This document shows, piece by piece, positions 34,901 through 45,900 of a stretch of DNA of 64,000 nucleotides. The notes beneath the pieces are model-generated. The model saw only the letters and a program-made list of their open reading frames with translations, was not told the origin of the DNA and did not search any database. The position numbers were made by a program, and so were the translations under genes. Origin of the DNA: Amphiscolops sp. MND2022. Its lineage: Eukaryota. Numbering within the stretch: the stretch's first letter is position 1; each line of letters starts with the position of its first letter. The stretch lies in assembly GCA_964187785.1 (NCBI GenBank), contig OZ076414.1:30628001-30692000 (forward strand), given 5' to 3'.

Positions 34901-36979
34901 TAGGATGATATAAAAATGATGAAAAAAATCATGGCTACGGTGATAATGCAGTTGCGTGATAACTTGTATGCAGCTATATCCGGTTGTGTGCTCACGTATA
35001 GAGCGATATAAAAGAACATTGTTGTGAAAGTGCTGAAATGTAATTACAACAAAGACGTTGTCACGCGGGACTTTTTCATGTACAAATTTTCCATCTTGAG
35101 GATATTTGAAGGCCTTTTCAAGTGACAATTCCCCTTAACATAAAAATAAAATTCAGCAGCGCATCTCCACGAAAGTGCCGGAAAAACGCCGCTAAGGGAT
35201 GTGCTAAATTATTGTTTTATAAATTAGCAAAATTGATGTGCTAATCTGCACTAAGATTATTTAAAGCCTCCCAAATGAGATTTTGAATTATGGCAAATTA
35301 GTTTGCACTTGAATGTGAAAGCAAAACATCGAATTCCTCGCATTGTGCGCTGTTTACACAACTATACACAGTAATACAGTAGTCGTTCGCTCATGGTTTT
35401 TTCAATGGTCCACCGTTAACTCTGAGGAGGTGACCGCCAATTCCGAAGTCCCGAAGCGTCGTCCGTCCTCATAAAAGAACTACCACCAACATCTTAGCCT
35501 TGCTTTGACTAAAACGATGGCCACCGCCACCGCATCCTAGCTTTGGTGCTCCATCATCGTCCATCGCCGCTCCTTTTAGATTCACACCTTATACTAAGTA
35601 GTAGCATCTCCCGCTATCTCACAAACACGAAGCAGAGCAGCCGTTGTTCCCCATACGAGCCGAAAAATTATGATGACTTGATTTAATGACAGACCAATTC
35701 AAACTCTGTTGTTGAATCTTCAGGCTCGCCCATCGAAAACACAGTCTCTGCTTGTGGTTTTTGAATACCGTCACTTATCTGCAACACCTTTTTTCAATTT
35801 TTTTACACTATTTTTATTGAATTCATTGAGATTAGAATGGGCAAAACTTGCGTTACTTCCGCCGATTTGAAGATGGCTTATCTCGCCACTAAAGTTAGTA
35901 TAGAAACCATACCGAGGCCTCCAAAAAACTGTGATATATTTGAGAAATCGCAATTAAAAATTCCCTGATTTAAAAAAAATTGCGGTACATTCAAATATAC
36001 AGAGATTTCAAGTATTTTTCTGGCCTTCTGGACCAATTTTTCTTCAAGCGTGATTTTATTACTTCCAATTTTAAAGACAAGTGTTGATGTATTACCAAAT
36101 GTTTCGACCTGGTAGTTTTGGTCACCGTATTTTTTAAATTTCATTGAAAACTATCCAAATATTGGGAGAACAAAGGAAAAGGATTGGTCGATCAAACAAT
36201 GGCAATTTCCTCCCACGTTCCACCAAGTTAATATAGCAACTGAGATGTGGATTTTTATCCAATCATGGCCGTGTAGATGTCAACTTTTGACACTCAATGT
36301 CCATTTGTTGTCAATTGTAGAAAGTTCTGTTTAAAAATAAAATTGTAAGAGAAAATTACTACCGACGCTTGAACTCAGAAAGGGGATATGAACTCATCCG
36401 GAGCCATTATCTCTGTCATTGAATTAAGCATTTAACGTTTGGTATAAGATCACGTTGTTTAGAGGCCGCGTTTTTCTAGATTCATTGTCTTCAAAATTTT
36501 GATTCAGTTTGGTTTACTTTTTTTCTTTCGAAGGGATTTTTAACGCTTAAGGGCTTTTTTGGCTCGATTTGGTCATCTAAAACTTTCAAAGCCAAGTATC
36601 TTTTGATATATTGTTTTAAATGAATTCATTTAAAGTTACAAGTCTTTGGAATCGAATCGAAATTTCACAACTTTATTTCGCAATATCTCAAATTACTCGT
36701 CAGAAGAAACACTTTATTCGTTCATTTTTGTTGCCTTGGCACCGTTATTTAACTTTTCATTTTTTAAGCTTTTTGGTACCCTAGTGTATCAGCCAGTTTT
36801 TTAGTCCGCACTTTTCGAAGAAAATAACCGACTATAGCAGTGCTTTTTTAAGACCAGCAAACTGGCAGATTTTTATAAACTCTATGCCTATAGTAATTTA
36901 CTTCCCTTAATAACTTCTAACTGCCACTTGGCCTAGATGTTAACTAGGATTTCTCAGTACAGGGTCCCCTTCTGAGGTG

Positions 36980-37463
36980 TTTTTTAGTCGGCGCTTTATC
37001 CTTTTAAGGAAAAATGCCCGACTATAGCAGTGACCTTTTTTTCAGCCTCACACTGAAAGGTCCACTTTTCTTACAATTCTTACAATCTTGAAATCTTACA
37101 ATTCTTACTTAGCAAATTTAAAATACTGGCGCAAAAGCTTGCGAAGTAGTATTTTTACATCATCTAAGAAACTCAACGGGACCAAAGGGTACGCCCTCCT
37201 TACAGTATTTTCGGCTCTGTGAGACTTTTTTTTCGAAAAAATTTTTAATGTCTCAAAAGGGTCCCCCCTTCGAGTTTTCTCAAATTTTGCAACTGAATGT
37301 ATGTTAATCAATCCCAAAGGGTCCCCCCTTCTACATTTTTCGGTACTATGCGACTTTTTTTGAAAGAATTTTTTTCAAAAATTAACAAGTTTTTTTTTCC
37401 AAAAAATGTTTTGCGCTTTTTGAGCCTTAGATATGGCGCCGACTTTAGACGTTCTCGTCTTGT
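36980..37463 (+). mobile_element. HINE/Helentron-like element nested in an older related copy (~36790-38030)
   Basis: 5' TTTTAGTCGGCGCTTTA...AAAAATGCCCGACTA; 3' ATATGGCGCCGACTTTAGACGTTCTCGTCTTGTT. Inserted in a T-run with no TSD. Confidence 0.8.
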
Positions 37464-39416
37464 TTCGGATTTGTGTGACTTTTGGTTTTTTTCCACCGAA
37501 ACCCCTTCCCTTGATTTCCAGCAGAAACAAAGCGTTTTGTGAGCATAAAAGGTCACTTCAGTTTTTGTGGTACTATGCGACTTACGGACGAATTTTTAAA
37601 AAAGTTTTGAAAAATTTCCCAGAGTTTTTGATTTTTGAGGTTTTCTGTAAAGGAAAATTTCTTTGCGAGTCTTGTGGGTGACCTCTTTGCTTCTTTTTTA
37701 AAATCCTGTGGAACTGACGAGTTTTCTCAATGGTTGTGAAAAAGACCACCTACGGTTTTTTTCGGCACTGTGACTTTTTTCTCGATTAAATTTTCATTTG
37801 ATGAAACTGTACTTCAATTTCATAAATGTTTTCGGTCTGGAAAAAACGTTTGGCGAGCTCAAAGCTCCTTTTTCGGCGCTATGAGACTTTTTTCTGAAGA
37901 AAATAAATTTCAGAAAAAAATTCAAAAAAATTGTTTTTTTTCTCAACTTTCCAGTTGAAGAAAAAGCTGTTTTCGAGTCTTCTCCGTATCTCTTCGTTTT
38001 TTGGTACTGTAAATTTGATAAAATTTTGCCAATAGTCATTTTATAAACATTTCTATAGCTTTTTTCATTTCGTTTTGCAAATTATCTTGCATTCCTGAGA
38101 AAGTGTTGGCTTTCTAAAAGAAATTTTGAGGAATACCAAGTTTTCTGAAAAGCATCCTTCTGCGACAACAAACCTTTCGGCTAGCAATGACTTGTCTAGA
38201 AATTAGTTACTTCAGTCGTGTGCAAAAGCATTTCGCCTCAGTTTTTAATACAGAAAGTAATACCACCATGAAAGTTTATTTACAGAAAATTGTTCTTGTG
38301 ATTCAATTGTCTGTGGTCAACCAAAGTTTTTTGACCTAAAAATCTCACAAAGTCAAACTTACTCAAATTGCCAATTTCTCCGAATTCGTTCTGAACTATA
38401 CAAATTTGAAACAACGCCATAAAACGTATTTCAGCTTCTTTCAATTCCCGAAGCGAGAGTGTAACTTCTTGTGATACGAAAATATAATTTTGTGATATAT
38501 ATTTTTGTGATACTTTTTGTCTGACAAGTTTTGAAATATCCCAATTTCTTGATTACTCTCGCACAGAATCATTAGACTTATTTCGCGAAAATTAGTGCCC
38601 ATTTTCACTTTCAAAACCTTCGATTCAAGATCCCAAACAACACTGAAATTTATACTTGAGGTTTCTTCGGACTGCCTTCAGTAAAGATTGAGTTCTTAGG
38701 CTTCATATGACTGAATATTTCCGCTAAACTTCATACAGCATTTTGTAAGAAGTTCTCTGCAGGCTTGAGCCTAACTGATGGTGTTAAATACCATACCAGG
38801 CACTTGGGAGCATCACGTGACATGATCAGCTAGAATGATTGAAAGCCGCAAGGATCTTTCCTCTCAAATTTGAACATGTGTCGGCCTTGTTGTGCTTCTT
38901 GCTCCATGTAATGATTCCTGTGTCAATTGAAGCTTAGTTTAGTTTATAAATACATTTACATTTATGTACTTTGGTGAATCAATTTTTCGATAGTCTTGTT
39001 TTGTTAAATTTCCGTTGTTTACTATCGCTGGAAATAACGAAGAAAAGCAACCGTCAAAAAAGACTGATAAATGTTGCAATATCTTAGCTAATTATTTTTA
39101 AATATCTTTTGTCTGCCACCGTGACTGACTGAGGTTGCTAGAATACGGTTGCGGTATTATAAACCAAAAAGGTGAGAAGTTTGATTCATTTAGAAACGAA
39201 AGCCTTTTTGGTAATTCAAGTTTTTTAATTCACTGAACGTTTTCGGGCTATAGATCGATAGCCGTCTTTGCATAACCATTAAAAACATACGATCATGCGA
39301 GATCTTGAACTTCAAGTCTCGAACTGATTTAGAGCAGTTGTGATAAATTGAACCTTTTGAGGTCTCGTCTGAGAATGTTTCGAAATGCATTTTGATGACG
39401 TCATTGTGTGTTTTAG

Positions 39417-39465
39417 ATGACCCGTGCTATCCAAGTGAAACCAGCGGACCCCGAAAACAAAGGAG
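39417..39465 (+). CDS. CELF3-6: CELF3-6 coding exon 3 (end of RRM1/linker); missed by the ORF track
   Basis: GTTTTAG| MTRAIQVKPADPENKG +G |GTAAGT; 49 nt, phase 0 to 1. Homologous to MNRPIQVKPADSESRG of vertebrate CELF3-6. Confidence 0.95.
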
Positions 39466-40089
39466 GTAAGTGCCGAATTTTTGACCCCATTTCATTATAT
39501 AAATCCTAATCCGATCTTATTAATTTCAAAACTATTCTAGACTCAATTTACCAATATCAGGGTGCTCACTTTTGTAGGTTAATAGAATTTATCATATGGC
39601 GAGGACTGATACAAAATTATAGCGCAATACTTTCTTTGTGACAGGAAGATATCGGATTAGAAAAACTTGGAGACCTCTTTACGATGGGAATCGTAAGTAT
39701 AGGCTTTTCGAATATCGAAAATTTTATTTTTGTGCAGTAAGTACATGATATGTCGAAACTCGAGGAGCTTTTATTGAATTATTCTTGGCCCCTCTTCCAT
39801 GTTGAAAAGCGATGCTGTTCAGTAACATTGTTTGTGTGAAAACCTTACAAAGTGTTTGTGTGGAGTTGAGAATATGTCTCGTAAAAACAATGAGTTTTAG
39901 CAATTTGCAGAATGTTCGCCTGTTTTTTACTAGAGATTATAATTTCGTCATTCATTGCGTCAGCGCCTACTGAAAATTATGAACATTTAGTGGCGCTCAA
40001 AAATGAAGCGTCATGGGTTCTCTGATTTGATCATTTGGTTATTTTCCGCGTGTCAACTTTCATTTTTACATGAAAAGTTAAACTTTTAT

Positions 40090-40567
40090 TATAACGTCTA
40101 AAGTCGGCGCTATATCTAGGGCTCAAAAAGTGAAAATATTTTTTCTTGAAAAAAAATTGAAATTTTTGAAATTTTTTTCTTTCGGAAAATATCGCATAGT
40201 GCCGAAAAATGTAAAAGGGGGGACACTTTGCGATTTATTAACAAACATTCTGTTGCAAAATATCAGAAAATTCGAAGGGGGGACCCTTTGGTGACATTAA
40301 AAAAATTTCGGAAAGTCGCACAGTGCCGAAAAAAAATCGAAAGGGGACCCTTTAGTCTCGTCCGGTTCTGTAGGTTACCTTAATAAAGTAAAAAAATGAA
40401 AGGGGGAAAGTTTTGCACTAAGTTTGCATTGGCCGGACTTGGCCTTATTGGTTTCAGGAGTTTCCCTAAAAGTGGAACAATCAGTGTGAGGTCTGAGGTC
40501 TAAAGAGAAAAAAGGTCACTGTAAGAGTCGGGCATTTTTCCTTAAAAGGAAAAAGCGCCGACTAAAA
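40090..40567 (-). mobile_element. HINE/Helentron-like element
   Basis: AACGTCTAAAGTCGGCGCTATATC (3' end, slightly truncated) to AAAAGCGCCGACTAAAAA (5' end). Same subfamily as 36980-37463, opposite strand. Confidence 0.8.
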
Positions 40568-40872
40568 ATGCTACTGGTAAAAACAGAAACACTCAAGTTT
40601 GAAATAGTCAATTGATTACAGGTTTGGAAAAGTCATAAATGTCTATTGTCAGCATGGCAAGTCCGAAACGGCCCATGTCGACGAGTCTGCTCGATGCTCA
40701 AAAATAGTAAAGTCTTTCCAATTCTAGAGTTGTTCAAAACAATTGCGTAGTGCTGGTTAAATCTGATACGTCATATCCGAATTTCATGCGTTATATCCGA
40801 AATATTGTAAGTTTTATCAGAAAGTGCTATTAGTATGCTACATTTTGAGAAAAATCGGCGATGGCTAGATTT

Positions 40873-41338
40873 AACAAGACGAGAACGTCTAAAGTCGGCG
40901 CTATATCTAAGGCTCAAAAAGCGCAAAACATTTTTTTTATTTGAAAAAAGAAATTTTTTCTTTCGAAAAATGTCGCATAGTGCCGAAAAATGTAAAAAGG
41001 GCGACCTTTTTGAATTTATTCATACATTCTGTTGCAAAATATCAGAAAACTCGAAGGGGGGACCCTTTGGGGACAAAATTTTGGAAAGTCGCACAGTGCC
41101 AAAAATTGAAACGGGGACCCTTTAGTCTCGTCCAGTTTTGTAGGTTACCTTAAAAAAGTGAAAAATGAAGGGGGGGAGACCCTTTGCACTAAGTTTGCTT
41201 TGGCCGAAGTCGGCCTTAGGTGGTTTCAGGAATGTTTTTCAGGAAAAGTGGACCGATCAGTGGGAGGTATGTGGTCTGAAGAAAAGGTTACTGTTAGTCG
41301 GGCATTTTTCCTTAAACGTAAAACGCACCGACTAAAAA
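40873..41338 (-). mobile_element. HINE/Helentron-like element
   Basis: AACAAGACGAGAACGTCTAAAGTCGGCGC (3' end) to AAACGCACCGACTAAAAA (5' end). Close paralog of 40090-40567. Confidence 0.8.
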
Positions 41339-41356
41339 GTGCGTCTCATTTAATTT

Positions 41357-42105
41357 TCTAGTCGGCGCTTTTCTAGAAAAGAGCCGACTATAGTCATGGC
41401 TTTTCGTCAGTGTTTTTTTAAGACCACCTGAACTGACCAAAATAGTTCTACCAAAAGTTCTACAAAATTTTCAGAAAACGCCAAAATGTACCTGTTGGCC
41501 AAAGGAACTGAACCAAAAAGGTTTCCCGCGTAACATACAATACCGGACTATACCAAAGGGTCCCCCTTTAGATTTTTTCGGCACTGTGCGACTTTTTTTC
41601 AAAAAAAAATCCCCCCTTCAATTTTTTTTTGAGTTTTGCAACAAAATGGATGTTGAAAAATCCCAAAGGGTCCTCCCTTTCAGTTTTTTTCCGGCATTGT
41701 GAGACTTTTCAAAAAAAATCCCCACGAAAGGGTCTCCCCTCAATTTTTTTGGAGTTTTGCAACAAAATGGATGTTGAAAAATCCCAAAGGGTCCTCCCTT
41801 TCAGTTTTTTTCAGCATTGTGAGACTTTTCAAAAAAAATCCCCACGAAAGGGTCTCCCCTCAATTTTTTTCTATTTTGCAAATGAATGGATGTTCAAAGA
41901 CTCCCAAAGGGTCCACTTTTACATTTTCGGCACTATGCGACTTACCGGAGACCAAAAAAAAACAAAAAAATGAAAAAAAATTAGGATTTTTTTTCAATTT
42001 TTCCCTCACGCGGGTACTGTAGAAGAGAAAACTTGACACTTTGAAGTTCTTTTGCTATTTTTGAGCTTTGGATATGGCGCCGACTTGGGCCGTTCCCGGC
42101 TTGTT
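41357..42105 (+). mobile_element. HINE/Helentron-like element with expanded ~120-nt central repeat
   Basis: 5' palindrome TAGTCGGCGCTTTTCTAGAAAAGAGCCGACTA (41359-41390). Near-identical 121-nt tandem units at 41631 and 41752. 3' GGCGCCGACTTGGGCCGTTCCCGGCTTGTT. Confidence 0.85.
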
Positions 42106-42438
42106 GACGTTACATTTGGATTCAATCATTCTATATCGCATATAAACGAAAAGGTTTTTTTGTATATTTGTATAGTTCGCTTGAAAAACCTTTAAAAATT
42201 GTTTCTTTGCGGGATTTGAATTCACACCCTCTAGCTTCTTCAGTTAACGCTCTCCTTACTAGATCAGGCTTTGCATCAGAGACTTTGCAGTATTTTTTGT
42301 CTTTCTAAACAAGCCGTGGATTGGCGCCCGCTCAAAGCTTAAAAAGAGCAAAGTCTTGAATTTGACCAAGGCAAACATTAAGAAGCGCTCATCGTCACAC
42401 TACCGAAAATTATTCATTTCGTTTTCACTGCAAGCTTA

Positions 42439-42962
42439 AAACAAGCCGGGAACGGCCCAAGTCGGCGCCATATCTAATGCTCAAAAGTAGCAAAAGAACT
42501 TCAAAGTGTCAAGTTTTCTCTTCTACAGTACCCGCGTGAGGGAAAAATTGAAAAAAAAATCCTAATTTTTTTCATTTTTTTTGTTTTTTTTTGGTCTCCG
42601 GTAAGTCGTATAGTGCTGAAAATGTAAAAGGTGACCCTTTGGGAGTCTTTGAACATCCATTCATTTGCAAAATAGAAAAAAAAATTGAGGGGGGACCCTT
42701 TGGAGACATTAAAAAAATTTCCGAAAAAAGTCTCATAGTGCCGAGAAAACTAAGTTAAAAACACCAAGATAGCCAAAGAGGGGATCCTTAGTATGTTTTC
42801 GAGGTTCTGGACGTCGGTGTTTTGGACGAAGTTCTGACGTAGCCAGTATGTTTTGGACATGCGTAGTTCAGTTGAACAAATGGAAAGAAAGTGGACCTTA
42901 CGCGTATGAAAAACTACCCACTGTGAGAATCGGCACTTTTTCAGAAAAGCGCCGACAAAAAA
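42439..42962 (-). mobile_element. HINE/Helentron-like element, tail-to-tail with 41357-42105
   Basis: AACAAGCCGGGAACGGCCCAAGTCGGCGCC (3' end) to AATCGGCACTTTTTCAGAAAAGCGCCGACAAAA (5' end). Confidence 0.8.
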
Positions 42963-45900
42963 TTGTGAAGTTTTCCTCGAAACCATTGGGACTCGAAAAG
43001 CGCTTTTTAATACCATCAAAAAACAACCAATTTCTAGAGCAAAAAAATTCCAGACTTTTTTCGAAAAACAAAGACTTTGATCTAGTCTTGCTTTGGAAAC
43101 GTAAATACTTCGAACCCCCAAATACTGCTTCCCTGCTAGAGTCTCCACGCAGACGCACCCGCGATAATCACTAGGCCAAGCTGCAAGTGACTGTGTGAGG
43201 CAACGAAGGAGAAAGTTGATTTATTATAGAACCTGTATGTTCGCAGCTATTCAAAAAACTACTACTACAGACTGAGTTTTGTAACGGAAACGCCGATCAA
43301 AACAACTTTCAGTGTAGCTTTGAAAATCATAATTTGGACCCAAGTGGCTACCGTAAGTGATGTTTTACATTTTTTTCGCAATTTCCACAGGTCGTGAAAT
43401 GAAGGTTTTTTCTGTGATCCGATTAGTAGTTCAGCAGTACCAAGATCACATGATGGAACAGGATTAACGCTTTGTTTCCAGAAGTTGTTACCTGAAAAAT
43501 GTTGATGTAATTTTTCACTGAAATTTTTGTTCCAGAAATTTTTGAAATCCAAATGTATTTTACTCTGCTTGATGGAATTAAATTTAACATATCAGCTTTT
43601 CTAAGCCGGCGCTCTTTTGGATATTATCTCCCCGTAGCAGAAAGTTTGGTACCAACTTTGCAAGCAAGTAGACATAATAGTCGATTTCAAGCTGTAGTTT
43701 CAAAATGACTTGCTCAAGGTCACGAAAGTCTGACTGCTCACCGTTGCTCTTTTGATTTTCTCCGCCAAGTGCGTTTTTGTTATGATCATACCACTAAGCT
43801 TGAGATGAAGTTTTTGGTTGAGTCCCTGCAATTGTGAGGGGTAAGAAATTTGAATGTTGTACCGCCTCAATACAGACTTGAGTACTCGACTCCTCCGGGA
43901 AAATTTTTTTAGAAAACAATGTGTAACATGATTATAAGAATCCGAATTAAATTTCGATTGAAATTTTTAAAAGAAAAACTCATCCATCAATTCTTGAATA
44001 TAAATTTGCAAATATATCCAAATTTCGGATATCAGGTTTAGGTTTTTGGGTCAAAAATTTTAGGGAAATCTTATCAGCGAAATCGATTGCATGTAATTAT
44101 GGTATGATTACCGCATGCATGTCGCATAATGCATGTGAAGCTATTATTTCATGAAAGAAATGTGATACCAGTGTAGTGATGGTTTAATAAAAGCTGATAA
44201 AATTTGAAAAAAATCGATCGAATTACAAGAGTATGAGTGATAGTCGAATGTAATACAGGTAATAATACGTAGCCCGTGTATCTTCCTGACTTCAAAGCCA
44301 ACCTAGTTAGTGATTTGTCAGAGTTTTAATTGAAAAGTAACTTGACGCAAAGAGCTACCTGTGCCAGCTCTAAAAGGTGATTGCTCAAAGTATTGGAGTC
44401 TACTGCGCACCTTTAGCTGGTAACTGCACTGCAACCTTATTATCTTCCGGTTTTTAATTTATTCTTTCACGCTCGCAAGAATTCGAGAATCGAATTATCT
44501 TTTTTTCTGTAGGACTTTAGCGCACGTCTTTTTACCATCAAGTGCTAACGACAACACAACATAGACTAATTTACATTTCCAGTCTATATGAAAAGCCCGG
44601 CTCTATTAACTGTAGCTTTGAATATTTAAAAGGTGCTACTATAGTGTGCTCTGTAGACTGTTATATTATTTTCCTCCACCATTACTCGCTTTTTCTCCGC
44701 AATTTACAATTTCTAAGTAGAATATTATTGAGTACTCACTGCAGAAAGACCTCTTAAGAACGCATTAAGACTCAATTTGTCAAAATATGAAAGACCAGTA
44801 AAAAGTGCTACCTTTTTTTGAATGAAAAATTTTCCGTATGCATAATTAATTTTCCTTCGAAGGATCTGAAATAAAAAACAGTTACTTTGTTAGTCGTTTG
44901 TCTATGAAAAACAACGTTCGTTAATTTTTCATTATAAGTTGGCGTATCATTCGCTCCTCCATTTTTGCGGGGTAGAAAGACTTTGTCACTTGATGACGTG
45001 GCACTGAATGATAGTGCGAGAACGGATATTCAAGTTGAACTAGACTTCCTGCTAGGGAGAAAAATTTCGGAGCCTGGCACATCTTTTTGTGGGTATTGTT
45101 GCATAATTTGTTCTTGTCAACTTATTGTACTGATATTTTATCTTTTGAGCCCACGGCTTTTGCGTCGTCGATTCATTTTTTGTGTATAAATTTCATCACT
45201 TTTGCAACACATTTTTAGTTGTTCAGCTCTCGCTGCTATTGACAAAAGTTGCAGGGGTTAGTGTGATGTAACGGCTTGTGCGCGAACAACAAACCAATTA
45301 TGTTGATTGTTATTTGAAAGATGTTCTCAACAATTCGATAATTTCGATCTAATTTCACAAGCCAACCGTTGAATTTTTCCATTTTTTCACAAATCATTCT
45401 ATTTGTTCACACATATTCAGTCTCACTTGTATGCTATTCAAATGCATTAAGTATTAACAAGTCAAATCAAGAATGTCCCTCTCCCCCCTCCTGCGCTCTC
45501 GCCCAAAAAGTGAAGTGCTAGTTCTAACAGTGCTTCCCCTACTTTCAAGGTGAAATAGCTGGGCACTATGGCAAAGTGATGGCTTGTCCATAGGGAATGC
45601 AATTGCTAGGGACTATAGGCCACTGAATTTGGAAAAGTGGGAATTATCCGGTATACGCCAGTGAGAAAGACAAGATTTGCTTTATTATTAAGTCGGGTTT
45701 CAATTTTCACGCCAAAGGTGATTCTATTTATTTTGATTAAGTGTCTTCTTTTTTCTTTCTCGCGTGCTGAACGAAACGTGATCAAAGTGCGGAATGAAAG
45801 AATTGATGAAAAAGAAGGCATTTGAATGTGTGACAAGCCTAGCCAGGGTAGAAACTTAATTTAAATTCAATTTATTTTTTCGATTAAAATTTCATCGTAG

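Noticed and set aside
32400-35130. Protein-like minus-strand fragments (e.g. the 103-aa ORF 34817-35128 and IKAVSDEEIIKHVQLTIGFF at ~32800) suggesting a nested antisense gene
   Set aside because: I could not join them into a consistent frame or recognise a domain; a tBLASTx search would be needed to rescue this.
42205-42275. Reverse tRNA-like fragment (GCGGGATTTGAATTCACACCCTC...)
   Set aside because: It is too degenerate to call a tRNA; at most an old SINE remnant.
26487-43174. Many 60-144-aa K/F-rich ORFs within repeats (e.g. 31367-31801, 41629-42022, 42750-43174)
   Set aside because: They arise from A/T homopolymer-rich HINE and MITE bodies and have no coding signature.
44965-45189. ORF that might be a cassette exon between CELF exons 3 and 4
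   Set aside because: The available acceptor gives an in-frame stop in the required phase, and there is no CELF similarity.
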